This document shows, one piece after another, positions 38,553 to 47,009 of a DNA stretch of 64,000 bases. Every line of letters begins with the position of its first letter. Positions within the stretch are counted from its first letter, which is position 1. Both the position numbers and the translations under genes were made by a program. This DNA is from Flavobacteriia bacterium (lineage in GTDB: Bacteria > Bacteroidota > Bacteroidia > Flavobacteriales_D > Crocinitomicaceae), in contig CANHRS010000002.1 of NCBI GenBank assembly GCA_947463445.1, positions 12,580-76,579 on the forward strand. Reading direction: 5' to 3'. Below the pieces are notes generated by a model. It was not told the origin of the DNA and did not search any database. It saw only the letters and a program-made list of their open reading frames with translations.

Positions 38553-39479
38553 ATGAGTCCATTTTTAATCTTTTTAATACTAGTAGTAGTCATTTTAGTT
38601 ACTTCTTTTGTTGTCGTTCAGCAAGGTACTATATCCGTTATCACCATGTTTGGAAAGTACCGACGTATTCTTTCTCCAGGACTTAATTTTCGTATACCGT
38701 TGATTGAGAAGGTTGCAACAAACATTTCTATTCAAAATAGATCTTTGGAAATGGAATTCCAAGCAATTACGCAAGATCAGGCGAATGTATATTTCAAAGC
38801 GATGTTGGTCTATTCTGTTCTAAATGCAGACGAAGAAACCATCAAAAATGTAGCCTTTAAGTTTGTCAACCAACAAAACTTTTCGCAAGCATTAATTAGA
38901 ACAATTGAAGGTTCGGTTCGTGGATTTGTAGCGACTAAAAAACAAGCGGAAATTTTATTGTTACGTCGTGAAATCGTAGACGATGTGAAAGAAAGTTTAG
39001 ATCAAACATTAGAAACATGGGGTTTTCATTTAATTGATTTACAGTTGAATGATATTACGTTTGATGAAGAAATTACCAATTCAATGGCTAAGGTAGTTGC
39101 ATCCAACAACTTGAAAGCTGCCGCAGAAAACGAAGGACAAGCATTATTGATTACAAAAACCAAAGCAGCAGAAGCAGATGGAAATGCCATCAAAATTTCC
39201 GCAGAAGCAGAGCGCCAGGCATTACAATTAAAAGGACAGGGTATTGCCTTATTCCGCGAAGAAGTAGCGCAAGGGATGAGTGAGGCAACACAAAAGATGC
39301 GCGATGCAAACTTAGATCCTTCCATGATTTTGTTCTCAATGTGGACAGAGTCGATCAAAGAATTTGCTGAAAAAGGCAAAGGCAATGTGATTTTTTTGGA
39401 TGGATCACCAGAAGGAATGGAAAAATCCTTAGCCCGGATTATGGCTTTAGATCAACTAAAAGTGTCAGATAAAAAATAA
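38553..39479 (+). CDS. SPFH/band-7 (stomatin/prohibitin-like) membrane protein
   Basis: An N-terminal TM helix followed by an SPFH core (VVQQGTISVITMFGKYRRILSPGLNFRIP...) and an Ala/Glu-rich coiled-coil tail. Confidence 0.87.
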   Translation: MSPFLIFLILVVVILVTSFVVVQQGTISVITMFGKYRRILSPGLNFRIPLIEKVATNISIQNRSLEMEFQAITQDQANVYFKAMLVYSVLNADEETIKNVAFKFVNQQNFSQALIRTIEGSVRGFVATKKQAEILLLRREIVDDVKESLDQTLETWGFHLIDLQLNDITFDEEITNSMAKVVASNNLKAAAENEGQALLITKTKAAEADGNAIKISAEAERQALQLKGQGIALFREEVAQGMSEATQKMRDANLDPSMILFSMWTESIKEFAEKGKGNVIFLDGSPEGMEKSLARIMALDQLKVSDKK

Positions 39480-39486
39480 AAATAGA

Positions 39487-39927
39487 GTGGAACAAGATAT
39501 TCGTTGGGAGCAGCGCTTTTCAAATTATGTAAAAGCATTATCAAAATTAGAGCAAGCAGTTGTTCAAATCACTACTACGTTTGATACTGATACGCTACAA
39601 TTAGGGGAATGGTTGGATGAAATGATTAAAGAAGCATTAATTCAACGTTTTGAATATACGCATGAATTGGCTTGGAATGTCATGAAAGATTATGCACATT
39701 TTCAAGGAAATTCAGAAGTTGCTGGTTCTCGTGACGCAACCAGAGAAGCGTTTCAATTACATTTAATCACGGAAGCACACACATGGATGGATATGATAGC
39801 GAGTCGAAATAAATCTTCACATACTTATAATGAAGTTACCGCGAATGAAATTTACGCTAAAATTTTAAACGAATATTTTCCACTTTTTCTTGATTTTAAG
39901 CAAAAAATGGAACAAAAATTAAAGTAA
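39487..39927 (+). CDS. HEPN-domain protein, HI0074-type nucleotidyltransferase substrate-binding protein (HepT-like toxin)
   Basis: 146 aa. Family-typical RWEQRFSNYVKAL...LIQRFEYTHELAWNVMKDY and an Rx4H motif (RNKSSH). GTG start 7 nt after the SPFH stop. Confidence 0.87.
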   Translation: MEQDIRWEQRFSNYVKALSKLEQAVVQITTTFDTDTLQLGEWLDEMIKEALIQRFEYTHELAWNVMKDYAHFQGNSEVAGSRDATREAFQLHLITEAHTWMDMIASRNKSSHTYNEVTANEIYAKILNEYFPLFLDFKQKMEQKLK

Positions 39928-40220
39928 TGCAATTTGGACTTTCAACGGAAGACATTAATAAAATCAAGGAAGTCATAGCACGTTTTCCAGAAGTTGAACG
40001 AGTTATTATATATGGTTCAAGGGCTAAAGGAAATTATAAACTAGCATCAGATATCGATCTTACATTGGTAGGAGAAAAATTAACGCTCTCCTTACTTCAA
40101 TCATTAGAAAATGATATGGATGACTTGTTGTTGCCTTATAAATTTGATATATCCATTTTTCATCAAATTTCAAATCCCGATTTAATAAATCATATCGAAA
40201 GGCTTGGGAAGGAGTTTTAA
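39927..40220 (+). CDS. minimal nucleotidyltransferase (MntA-like antitoxin)
   Basis: 97 aa. Pol-beta NTase motif YGSRAKGNYKLASDIDL (GS...DxD). The ATG overlaps the HEPN stop (TAATG). Confidence 0.87.
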   Translation: MQFGLSTEDINKIKEVIARFPEVERVIIYGSRAKGNYKLASDIDLTLVGEKLTLSLLQSLENDMDDLLLPYKFDISIFHQISNPDLINHIERLGKEF

Positions 40221-40257
40221 ATAAATTTTTATCATCGAAGTAATCCATATCACATAA

Positions 40258-41166
40258 ATGAAAAACATTTTAGTAGTTCTATTTAATCTATTTTTTGGAT
40301 TAATTGTTTTTTCTCAAAACGGGAAAATTATTTCAAAAAATTTAATTGACCTTTCAAAAACACCAATATGGAATACCATTTCTAAAAATGATTCATTAAC
40401 GCAAGAGTTCAGCTATTTAAAGGATATTAATTTTTATTTTATTTCGTATAAAAGTGATGATTTAGTAATTGATGGTATCCTTTCAGAGCCAAAATATATT
40501 GGAAAATATCCCGTCATAATTTATAATCGAGGTGGGAACAGAAATTTTGGAAAATTGACTGTAGGTCAATTAATTATGACTACTTCAAAATTATGTTCTC
40601 AAGGCTATATTATAATAGCAAGTAATTATCGAAAAATAGATGAATTTGGAGGGTCTGAAATAAATGATGTACTCAGTTTAACAGAAACCATAAAAGAATT
40701 AAATAATGCTGATTCAACTAAAATAGGAATGCTAGGGTGGTCAAGAGGAGGTATGATGGCTTATTTAGCAATAAGTAAATCCACTAAGTTTAAAAGTGTA
40801 ATTATAGGAAATGGACCAACAAATTTATTGAGTTTGAAGGATGATAGACCAGAAATGGAGAAGGAAGTTTACCTTGAATGTATTCCAAATTATTTAAAAA
40901 ATAAAGAGGAAGAATTAAAAAAACGTTCAGTTATTTTTTGGGTTGATAAATTAAACAAAAATTGTAGGTTGTTGATTTTATGTGGTACAAAAGATGACAG
41001 AGTAAACCCTAAACAAGTTGATGAACTTGCTGAAAAATTAAATAAAATAAATTATCCATTTGAATTAAAAAAGTTTGAAACAGATCATACATTTTCAAAC
41101 AAAAGACAAGAGTTAGAAGTTGAATTAATTAAATGGTTTAATAATACTCTGAAAAATGAAAATTGA
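40258..41166 (+). CDS. alpha/beta hydrolase (S9 prolyl-oligopeptidase / dienelactone-hydrolase-like), secreted
   Basis: Signal peptide, nucleophile elbow GWSRGG, a late Asp (GTKDDRV) and His (ETDHTF). Confidence 0.72.
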   Translation: MKNILVVLFNLFFGLIVFSQNGKIISKNLIDLSKTPIWNTISKNDSLTQEFSYLKDINFYFISYKSDDLVIDGILSEPKYIGKYPVIIYNRGGNRNFGKLTVGQLIMTTSKLCSQGYIIIASNYRKIDEFGGSEINDVLSLTETIKELNNADSTKIGMLGWSRGGMMAYLAISKSTKFKSVIIGNGPTNLLSLKDDRPEMEKEVYLECIPNYLKNKEEELKKRSVIFWVDKLNKNCRLLILCGTKDDRVNPKQVDELAEKLNKINYPFELKKFETDHTFSNKRQELEVELIKWFNNTLKNEN

Positions 41167-41290
41167 GGCACTTTCTTTTAGTTAGGTTTATAGAATATCC
41201 TTTATCTAAACCAAAACTAAATTATACCTTTTTTATGGTATAGTATTTCCCTTTTTTTCATCTTAAGTTTGTAATTAGAAAGAGCAAACG

Positions 41291-41512
41291 ATGAAACAAA
41301 CTTTGGCAACAAGTGATCGCGGAAAAATATTACATGTACAATCAGTGCATGCATCCGCAATTTCTGCAAAGTTGATTGAAATGGGTTTGTATGTTGGTCA
41401 AGAAGTAGAAATTCTTTTTAGCGCTCCTTTTGGAGATCCAATCGCTGTAAATGTGGGTGGTTATGTACTATCACTTCGACTCAATGAAGCGGCTTTGATT
41501 GAAGTAGCCTAG
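41291..41512 (+). CDS. feoA: ferrous iron transport protein A
   Basis: 73-aa SH3-like FeoA-sized ORF directly upstream of feoB (GLYVGQEVEIL). Confidence 0.85.
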   Translation: MKQTLATSDRGKILHVQSVHASAISAKLIEMGLYVGQEVEILFSAPFGDPIAVNVGGYVLSLRLNEAALIEVA

Positions 41513-41555
41513 TGTTTTTCTAAAACTATTGTATTTTTGTTGTAATCAAGAAAAG

Positions 41556-43511
41556 ATGAATGTTAACAAAATTGCTTTAGTTGGTAACCCGAATACGGGA
41601 AAAACTTCCTTATTTAATGCTTTAACAGGTTTAAATCAGCAAGTTGGTAATTTTCCAGGTGTTACCGTAGACAAAAAAGTCGGCAAATTAAAACTGAGCA
41701 ATCGTTCCATAGAAATTATTGATTTACCTGGAACATATAGCATTTATCCGCGATCGAAAGACGAAGAGGTAGTGTATGATATTCTTTCCAATCCCCAACA
41801 TCCGGATTTTCCCGATGCAGTGTGTGTGGTGGTAGATGCATCCAATTTAGAACGTAATCTATTATTATTTACACAGATTTACGCACTTGCTATTCCGATT
41901 GTATTGGTGTTGAACATGTCGGATATTGCATTCCGAAAAGGAAAAAAAATTCTACTCGAAAAACTGCAAGAAGAATTCCCGGAAGCTACCATTATTGAAA
42001 CAAATGCGCGCATAAAATCTGGGGTGAAGCAACTTATGGATACCTTAGATGCCGGCAATCTTGTTCGTCATACGTCTCCAAAAGCATTGATTGCAAAAGA
42101 AGATGTACTAACACAACAAAAAGATACAGAACAAAAGTTTCAAGAAATTAACGCATTAATCAAAAAATGTGTTTTACAGGATAATTCGACACAAACGAGA
42201 CGCAAAGTTACCCGATTGGATACATTATTCGTCCATCCAATTTGGGGATATTCTATATTTTTAGTTGTATTATTAGCACTTTTTCAATTAATATTTACAC
42301 TGGCTTCTTTTCCAATGGATTTGATTGACAGTCTGTTTGGAAGTTTAAGTGCTTATCTTCATGGGATTTTACCTGCTGGTATGTTTACCGAACTACTTGC
42401 AAACGGAATCATACCAGGAATAGGAGGTGTTATCATTTTTATTCCGCAAATAGTTTTGTTATTTTTCTTCATCGGAATTTTAGAAGAAACTGGTTATATG
42501 TCGCGCGTGGTGTTTATCATGGACCGTATCATGCGTCCTTTTGGCCTAAATGGTAAAAGTGTAGTTCCTTTATTATCTAGTGCAGCTTGTGCAATACCTG
42601 GGGTCATGTCGAGTCGTACAATCTCCAATTGGAAAGAACGTTTGATTACGATTTTAGTCGCGCCACTGATGAGTTGTAGCGCACGTATTCCAGTGTATAC
42701 CCTTCTCATTTCTCTGGTAATTCCAAATCGTATGGTGTTTGGTTTTTTGAATTTGCAAGGATTGATCTTTTTTGCGTTGTATGCTTTGGGAATCATAAGT
42801 GCTTTACTCGTTGCCGTGGTCTTGCGCATGTTTATCAAAACAAAGGAAGAAAGTGTGTTATTGTTGGAGTTACCGGATTTAAAATCACCGCGTTGGAAGA
42901 ATGTAGGTATCACAGTTTTTGATAAAGCACGCTTATTTTTGGTTGGTGCAGGAAAGATTATCGTAGCGATTTCGATTGTTTTGTGGGCATTAGGAACTTT
43001 TGGTCCAACGGAACGCATACAGAATGCAGTACAAAAAATTGAAAAACCTACCAGCAAGAATGCAATCCAATTAGCTGCTTACGAAAAACAGGTAAACGCT
43101 GTAAAATTTGAGAATTCGTATATCGGAATTTTAGGAAAAACAATCGAACCAGTCATTAAGCCTTTAGGGTATGATTGGAAAATAGGAATATCGTTAATTA
43201 CCTCTTTTGCTGCGCGTGAGGTTTTTGTTGGTTCAATGGCCACAATCTATAGCGTAGATGCGGATGGAGAAGAAACTCGTTCCTTGTTGGAAAAAATGAA
43301 ACAAGAGAAAAATACCGATGGCCAACCAGTATATACGTTGGCAAGTGGTTTATCCTTGATGGTTTTTTATGTATATGCAATGCAATGCATGGCTACTTTT
43401 GCAGTTGTTAAACGGGAGACAAAAAGTTGGAAATGGCCTATCATACAATTAGTATATATGGGAGTTATGGCTTATGTTTCAAGTTGGCTTATTTTTCAAA
43501 TTTTTTCCTAA
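41556..43511 (+). CDS. feoB: ferrous iron transporter B
   Basis: N-terminal G-domain IALVGNPNTGKTSLFNALTG, then a polytopic membrane domain. The ATG at 41556 is preferred over the TTG at 41529. Confidence 0.96.
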   Translation: MNVNKIALVGNPNTGKTSLFNALTGLNQQVGNFPGVTVDKKVGKLKLSNRSIEIIDLPGTYSIYPRSKDEEVVYDILSNPQHPDFPDAVCVVVDASNLERNLLLFTQIYALAIPIVLVLNMSDIAFRKGKKILLEKLQEEFPEATIIETNARIKSGVKQLMDTLDAGNLVRHTSPKALIAKEDVLTQQKDTEQKFQEINALIKKCVLQDNSTQTRRKVTRLDTLFVHPIWGYSIFLVVLLALFQLIFTLASFPMDLIDSLFGSLSAYLHGILPAGMFTELLANGIIPGIGGVIIFIPQIVLLFFFIGILEETGYMSRVVFIMDRIMRPFGLNGKSVVPLLSSAACAIPGVMSSRTISNWKERLITILVAPLMSCSARIPVYTLLISLVIPNRMVFGFLNLQGLIFFALYALGIISALLVAVVLRMFIKTKEESVLLLELPDLKSPRWKNVGITVFDKARLFLVGAGKIIVAISIVLWALGTFGPTERIQNAVQKIEKPTSKNAIQLAAYEKQVNAVKFENSYIGILGKTIEPVIKPLGYDWKIGISLITSFAAREVFVGSMATIYSVDADGEETRSLLEKMKQEKNTDGQPVYTLASGLSLMVFYVYAMQCMATFAVVKRETKSWKWPIIQLVYMGVMAYVSSWLIFQIFS

Positions 43512-43642
43512 TGCAAGAAGTTTTAGTTACACTTTTCATAGTTTTCGCGATAGTATATTTAGGTAAAAAAGTGTTTGTTTTGTTTAAACCAAAAGAAGAC
43601 ACTTGTGAGGCATGTGCATTTGGAAAAGCGAATAAAGAATAA
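43511..43642 (+). CDS. FeoB-associated Cys-rich small membrane protein
   Basis: 43 aa, MQEVLVTLFIVFAIVYLGKKVF...CEACAFGK: one TM helix plus a CxxC. The ATG overlaps the feoB stop (TAATG). The longer ORF-track version is an in-feoB extension. Confidence 0.62.
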   Translation: MQEVLVTLFIVFAIVYLGKKVFVLFKPKEDTCEACAFGKANKE

Positions 43643-43652
43643 TTGATTTAAA

Positions 43653-44534
43653 ATGAAACCACTAGAATTAGGAGATTTAATCGCCATCGTCGCACCAGCA
43701 AAAGCAATCGAAGAAACACATATTGCCTTTGCAAAATCTTTGTTCGAATCGCGTGGATATCGTGTTCATATTAGCAAGCATTGTTTGGGTGAGCATCATT
43801 ATTTTTCTGGAACTGATTTGGAGCGTGCATCAGACTTACAAGAGGCATTAGATAATCCAGAGGTCAAAGCAATAATTTGTGCAAGAGGTGGATATGGTTG
43901 CGTTCGTATTTTAGATCATTTGCAATGGGCTGGATTTATCCGTGAACCAAAGTGGTTAGTAGGTTTTTCGGATGTGACTGTCCTTCATCAACATATAGGG
44001 ATGTTAGATTTACCAAGTATTCATGCATCGATGCCCTTGAATTTTAAAGAAAATACACCAGAAGCAATTGACTCCTTATTTGATGCGTTAGAAGGTAATC
44101 AACTAACCTACGATATTATTTCTAATAGCCATAATAAACGAGGAGAAGCGACCGGAAAATTAGTAGGAGGTAACCTTTCCATTTTGTATAGTTTACTTGG
44201 TACGGACGATTGTATCGATTATTCGGAATGTATTTTATTTATCGAAGATTTGGCAGAACAATTATACCACATCGATCGTATGTTTTATGCTTTTGCAAAG
44301 GCAGGAATTTTGGATAAATTAAAAGGTTTAATCGTTGGTGGAATGACCGATTTAAAAGACACTGCTATTCCGTTTGGTCAAGATATATATGCTTTAATTT
44401 TGGCACATTTTACGTATCGCAACATACCAATCGCGTTTGATTTTCCAGCTGGCCATATAAACGATAACCGTGCTTTAATCATCGGAAAAGAAGTGCATTT
44501 AAGCGTTTCTGAAAAAGTTAGTTTAACTATTTAA
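43653..44534 (+). CDS. LD-carboxypeptidase (peptidase S66)
   Basis: Nucleophile block LVGFSDVTVLH and a late FPAGH block. 293 aa. Confidence 0.85.
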   Translation: MKPLELGDLIAIVAPAKAIEETHIAFAKSLFESRGYRVHISKHCLGEHHYFSGTDLERASDLQEALDNPEVKAIICARGGYGCVRILDHLQWAGFIREPKWLVGFSDVTVLHQHIGMLDLPSIHASMPLNFKENTPEAIDSLFDALEGNQLTYDIISNSHNKRGEATGKLVGGNLSILYSLLGTDDCIDYSECILFIEDLAEQLYHIDRMFYAFAKAGILDKLKGLIVGGMTDLKDTAIPFGQDIYALILAHFTYRNIPIAFDFPAGHINDNRALIIGKEVHLSVSEKVSLTI

Positions 44535-44874
44535 TCCCTGTTTTATTCTGTATTGTCCACGCAATTAAATTTGCTCGTTGTTTGGCCATTTCCGCTTTTT
44601 CCCCCGCAAAAAGTTCATTCACTGTTCCATGAAACAATGCAACCCAACGTTCAAAATGTACTGGAGATAAAGGCATATGCATGTGTTTATCTGTTACATT
44701 CGTAGTATATCCAGGTTCATCCAACAACACAAACGACCAAAAATGAACCATCTTTGGCATGTGTGCTTTAAAATCTAAATTTTTAAAAAACGGCGCTAGA
44801 CTTTCGTCAGTAAGAACGCGACAATAAAACGTATCAACTAGTTGTTCAACATCTTGCTTGGTAGTTATATCCAT
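44527..44874 (-). CDS. group III truncated hemoglobin-like protein
   Basis: 115 aa from the ATG at 44874. The pattern FY..V..D..L.PFF...(H)FW..VLL....Y......KH..........FERW..LF resembles trHb group III. Resemblance is from memory. Confidence 0.62.
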   Translation of the reverse strand: MDITTKQDVEQLVDTFYCRVLTDESLAPFFKNLDFKAHMPKMVHFWSFVLLDEPGYTTNVTDKHMHMPLSPVHFERWVALFHGTVNELFAGEKAEMAKQRANLIAWTIQNKTGIK

Positions 44875-44905
44875 TTTCAAATCAACTAATTTTCAAATTT
44901 TCAAA

Positions 44906-45418
44906 TTATTTAAACCAACCAGCGTACATCACATAGTTGTCGGCTATGCGTTGTACCTCCCCTTTGAAAAGTTCTGGAGATAACGTTTTTACTTTTTTTG
45001 CTGGAACTCCGGCATATACACTCCAAGCCTCAACACGCGTACCTTCTAACAATACAGCACCTGCAGCTATTATACAGTTGGATTCGATATAACAATTATC
45101 CATAACAATTGAACCCATACCAATCAATACGTTGTCTTCAACAGTACACCCATGTACTAAGGCATTATGACCTACGGAAACATTGTTGCCTAGATTGGTT
45201 TTCGTTTTTTCATAGGTAGCATGAATTACCGCTCCATCCTGAATGTTTACTTTATTCCCAAATGTGATGGAATTAACATCTCCTCGAACTACCGCAGAAT
45301 ACCACACCGAACATTGATCTCCCATGCTTACATCTCCAATAATCGTTGCGTTTTCAGCAAACCAACAATCTTCTCCATATTTTGGTGCGAAACCTCTACA
45401 TTCTTTAATTAAAGCCAT
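44906..45418 (-). CDS. gamma-class carbonic anhydrase family (hexapeptide-repeat) protein
   Basis: 170 aa from MALIKECRGFAPKYGEDCWFAENATIIGDV. Left-handed beta-helix hexapeptide repeats with conserved His residues (VIHATY, GHNALVHG). Confidence 0.87.
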   Translation of the reverse strand: MALIKECRGFAPKYGEDCWFAENATIIGDVSMGDQCSVWYSAVVRGDVNSITFGNKVNIQDGAVIHATYEKTKTNLGNNVSVGHNALVHGCTVEDNVLIGMGSIVMDNCYIESNCIIAAGAVLLEGTRVEAWSVYAGVPAKKVKTLSPELFKGEVQRIADNYVMYAGWFK

Positions 45419-45474
45419 AAAATGAGTTTTGAGTGACGTGTCTTTAGTGACGTTTGACACAAATATAGAGAGAA

Positions 45475-46230
45475 TTACAAACTAAAATAGCTTATACCTA
45501 ACATTAATAAGGACATTTCTAACAAGATGCCATATACTTTTGGACGAATGTCTTTTTGAATAAATAACGTGATGATTGGTGTACCAATACCGAGGATAAA
45601 TAAATCTTTATGGCTTGGAATTAGAGGAATTACAGTACTTCCGATGAAAAAGAATACTAGTGATGTAATTACTACCGCTTTTGCTGATTTTACACCAATT
45701 ACTTGAGGTATCGTTTTTCTTTTGGAAGAATCTATTTGAATATCTCGAATATCAAATGCTAATGCAATAGCAAAAAGATAGAAAATATGAATTAGTATAG
45801 CTGGAGAGAAATTCCCTTTTATTGGGGAGTTAAACCATGGGAAAATACAGCAAACAAATGTCCAAATTCCAACTACCAAACCTATTTTCAGAAACGGAAT
45901 ATCTCGAATAGCCATAGACGAGGATTTTATTTTGAAGGAATAAAGGACACCAATAATTCCTGAGAGTCCTAAAATTAAAAAAGAAAAAAAAGTCGATGCT
46001 ATATGAATGGCTAATCCAACTGTAATCAGCAACAAAACGAGCATTACAATACGAATTTGAATTGGTCGTTTGTTTTCGGTCAATAAATAATGGTTGTAAA
46101 CGAGAAATACACCTAGAAAAGTGAGGGTACCATGTTCTTGCACATTACCATAATGAAAATGCGAAGATATCCCGATACTTAAAGATGCTCCAGCAAATGC
46201 AACGATCCAAAACTTTGGAAAATTGTTCAT
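45475..46230 (-). CDS. polytopic membrane protein, weakly UbiA-prenyltransferase-like
   Basis: 251 aa, ~8 TM segments. One Asp-rich block, AFDIRDIQID, resembles the second UbiA motif; the first motif was not seen. The ATG overlaps the stop of the upstream GT2 gene (ATGA). Confidence 0.5.
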   Translation of the reverse strand: MNNFPKFWIVAFAGASLSIGISSHFHYGNVQEHGTLTFLGVFLVYNHYLLTENKRPIQIRIVMLVLLLITVGLAIHIASTFFSFLILGLSGIIGVLYSFKIKSSSMAIRDIPFLKIGLVVGIWTFVCCIFPWFNSPIKGNFSPAILIHIFYLFAIALAFDIRDIQIDSSKRKTIPQVIGVKSAKAVVITSLVFFFIGSTVIPLIPSHKDLFILGIGTPIITLFIQKDIRPKVYGILLEMSLLMLGISYFSL

Positions 46231-47003
46231 TGTAAAAGTGACTCTCCGTTTGTTTTATACAAAGAACGAAGTTTACGATACTTACGATAGGAAGAATAAG
46301 CAGACATACGACAAATTTTGAACCCTACTTTTCCATCTAAAAAACCTTTTTTCAGGAAATAATCTTTGATAAATCGTACTAAAGGACTCAGATAAAGGAT
46401 TAAAAATGGTGCTTTTTTCCCTCTTTTATATTGAGATTTTGCTAATATATCTGTAAAATACTCCAGTTGTTTATCGTGCTCTTCCACAGCATAGTAACTG
46501 TAATGAAGAATATCCCCTTTTAGATGTTGCGTGCGGTCATGCTCTTTATCCAATATGTATTTATCGTGCGGATTATCGCCTCCCCATTTACCCAAACGAG
46601 AATCCCACAAGCGTAATTTAGTATCGGGATACCAACCACTGTGATGTACCCAAGTACCACAATAATTTGTCAAACGGTTCATGGAATATCCATTGTATTT
46701 CCAATCTGCTTTAACTTTCAATATGGACTTTTTAAGTGTTTCATCCAAAGCTTCGTCCGCATCTAAAGAAAGTACATGTGGGTATTTAGCTTGGGTAATA
46801 GCCCAATTTTTTTGTTCTATATGACCTTCAAAAGCATGTTGTACAAAATGAACGTTGTATTTTTTACAAATTTCTTCCGTTTTATCATTAGAGAAAGAAT
46901 CCACTACCACAATATCATCCACAATTCCTTGTAAAGATGCTAAACAACGTTCAATGTTTCGTTCTTCATTGTAGGTGATTATGACTGCAGAAATGGGTGT
47001 CAT
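46227..47003 (-). CDS. family 2 glycosyltransferase
   Basis: N-terminal SAVIITYNEERNIERCL and a DxD block (LSLDADE). 258 aa. Confidence 0.87.
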   Translation of the reverse strand: MTPISAVIITYNEERNIERCLASLQGIVDDIVVVDSFSNDKTEEICKKYNVHFVQHAFEGHIEQKNWAITQAKYPHVLSLDADEALDETLKKSILKVKADWKYNGYSMNRLTNYCGTWVHHSGWYPDTKLRLWDSRLGKWGGDNPHDKYILDKEHDRTQHLKGDILHYSYYAVEEHDKQLEYFTDILAKSQYKRGKKAPFLILYLSPLVRFIKDYFLKKGFLDGKVGFKICRMSAYSSYRKYRKLRSLYKTNGESLLQ

Positions 47004-47009
47004 AGGTAT

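Noticed and set aside
37830-39385. 130-aa ORF antisense to hemA and 119-aa ORF antisense to the SPFH gene
   Set aside because: Both are fully embedded in well-supported CDSs on the other strand and carry no motifs.
42494-43057. 187-aa ORF antisense to feoB
   Set aside because: It lies wholly inside the well-supported feoB frame. It has no recognisable motifs and a basic, low-complexity composition typical of shadow ORFs in AT-rich DNA.
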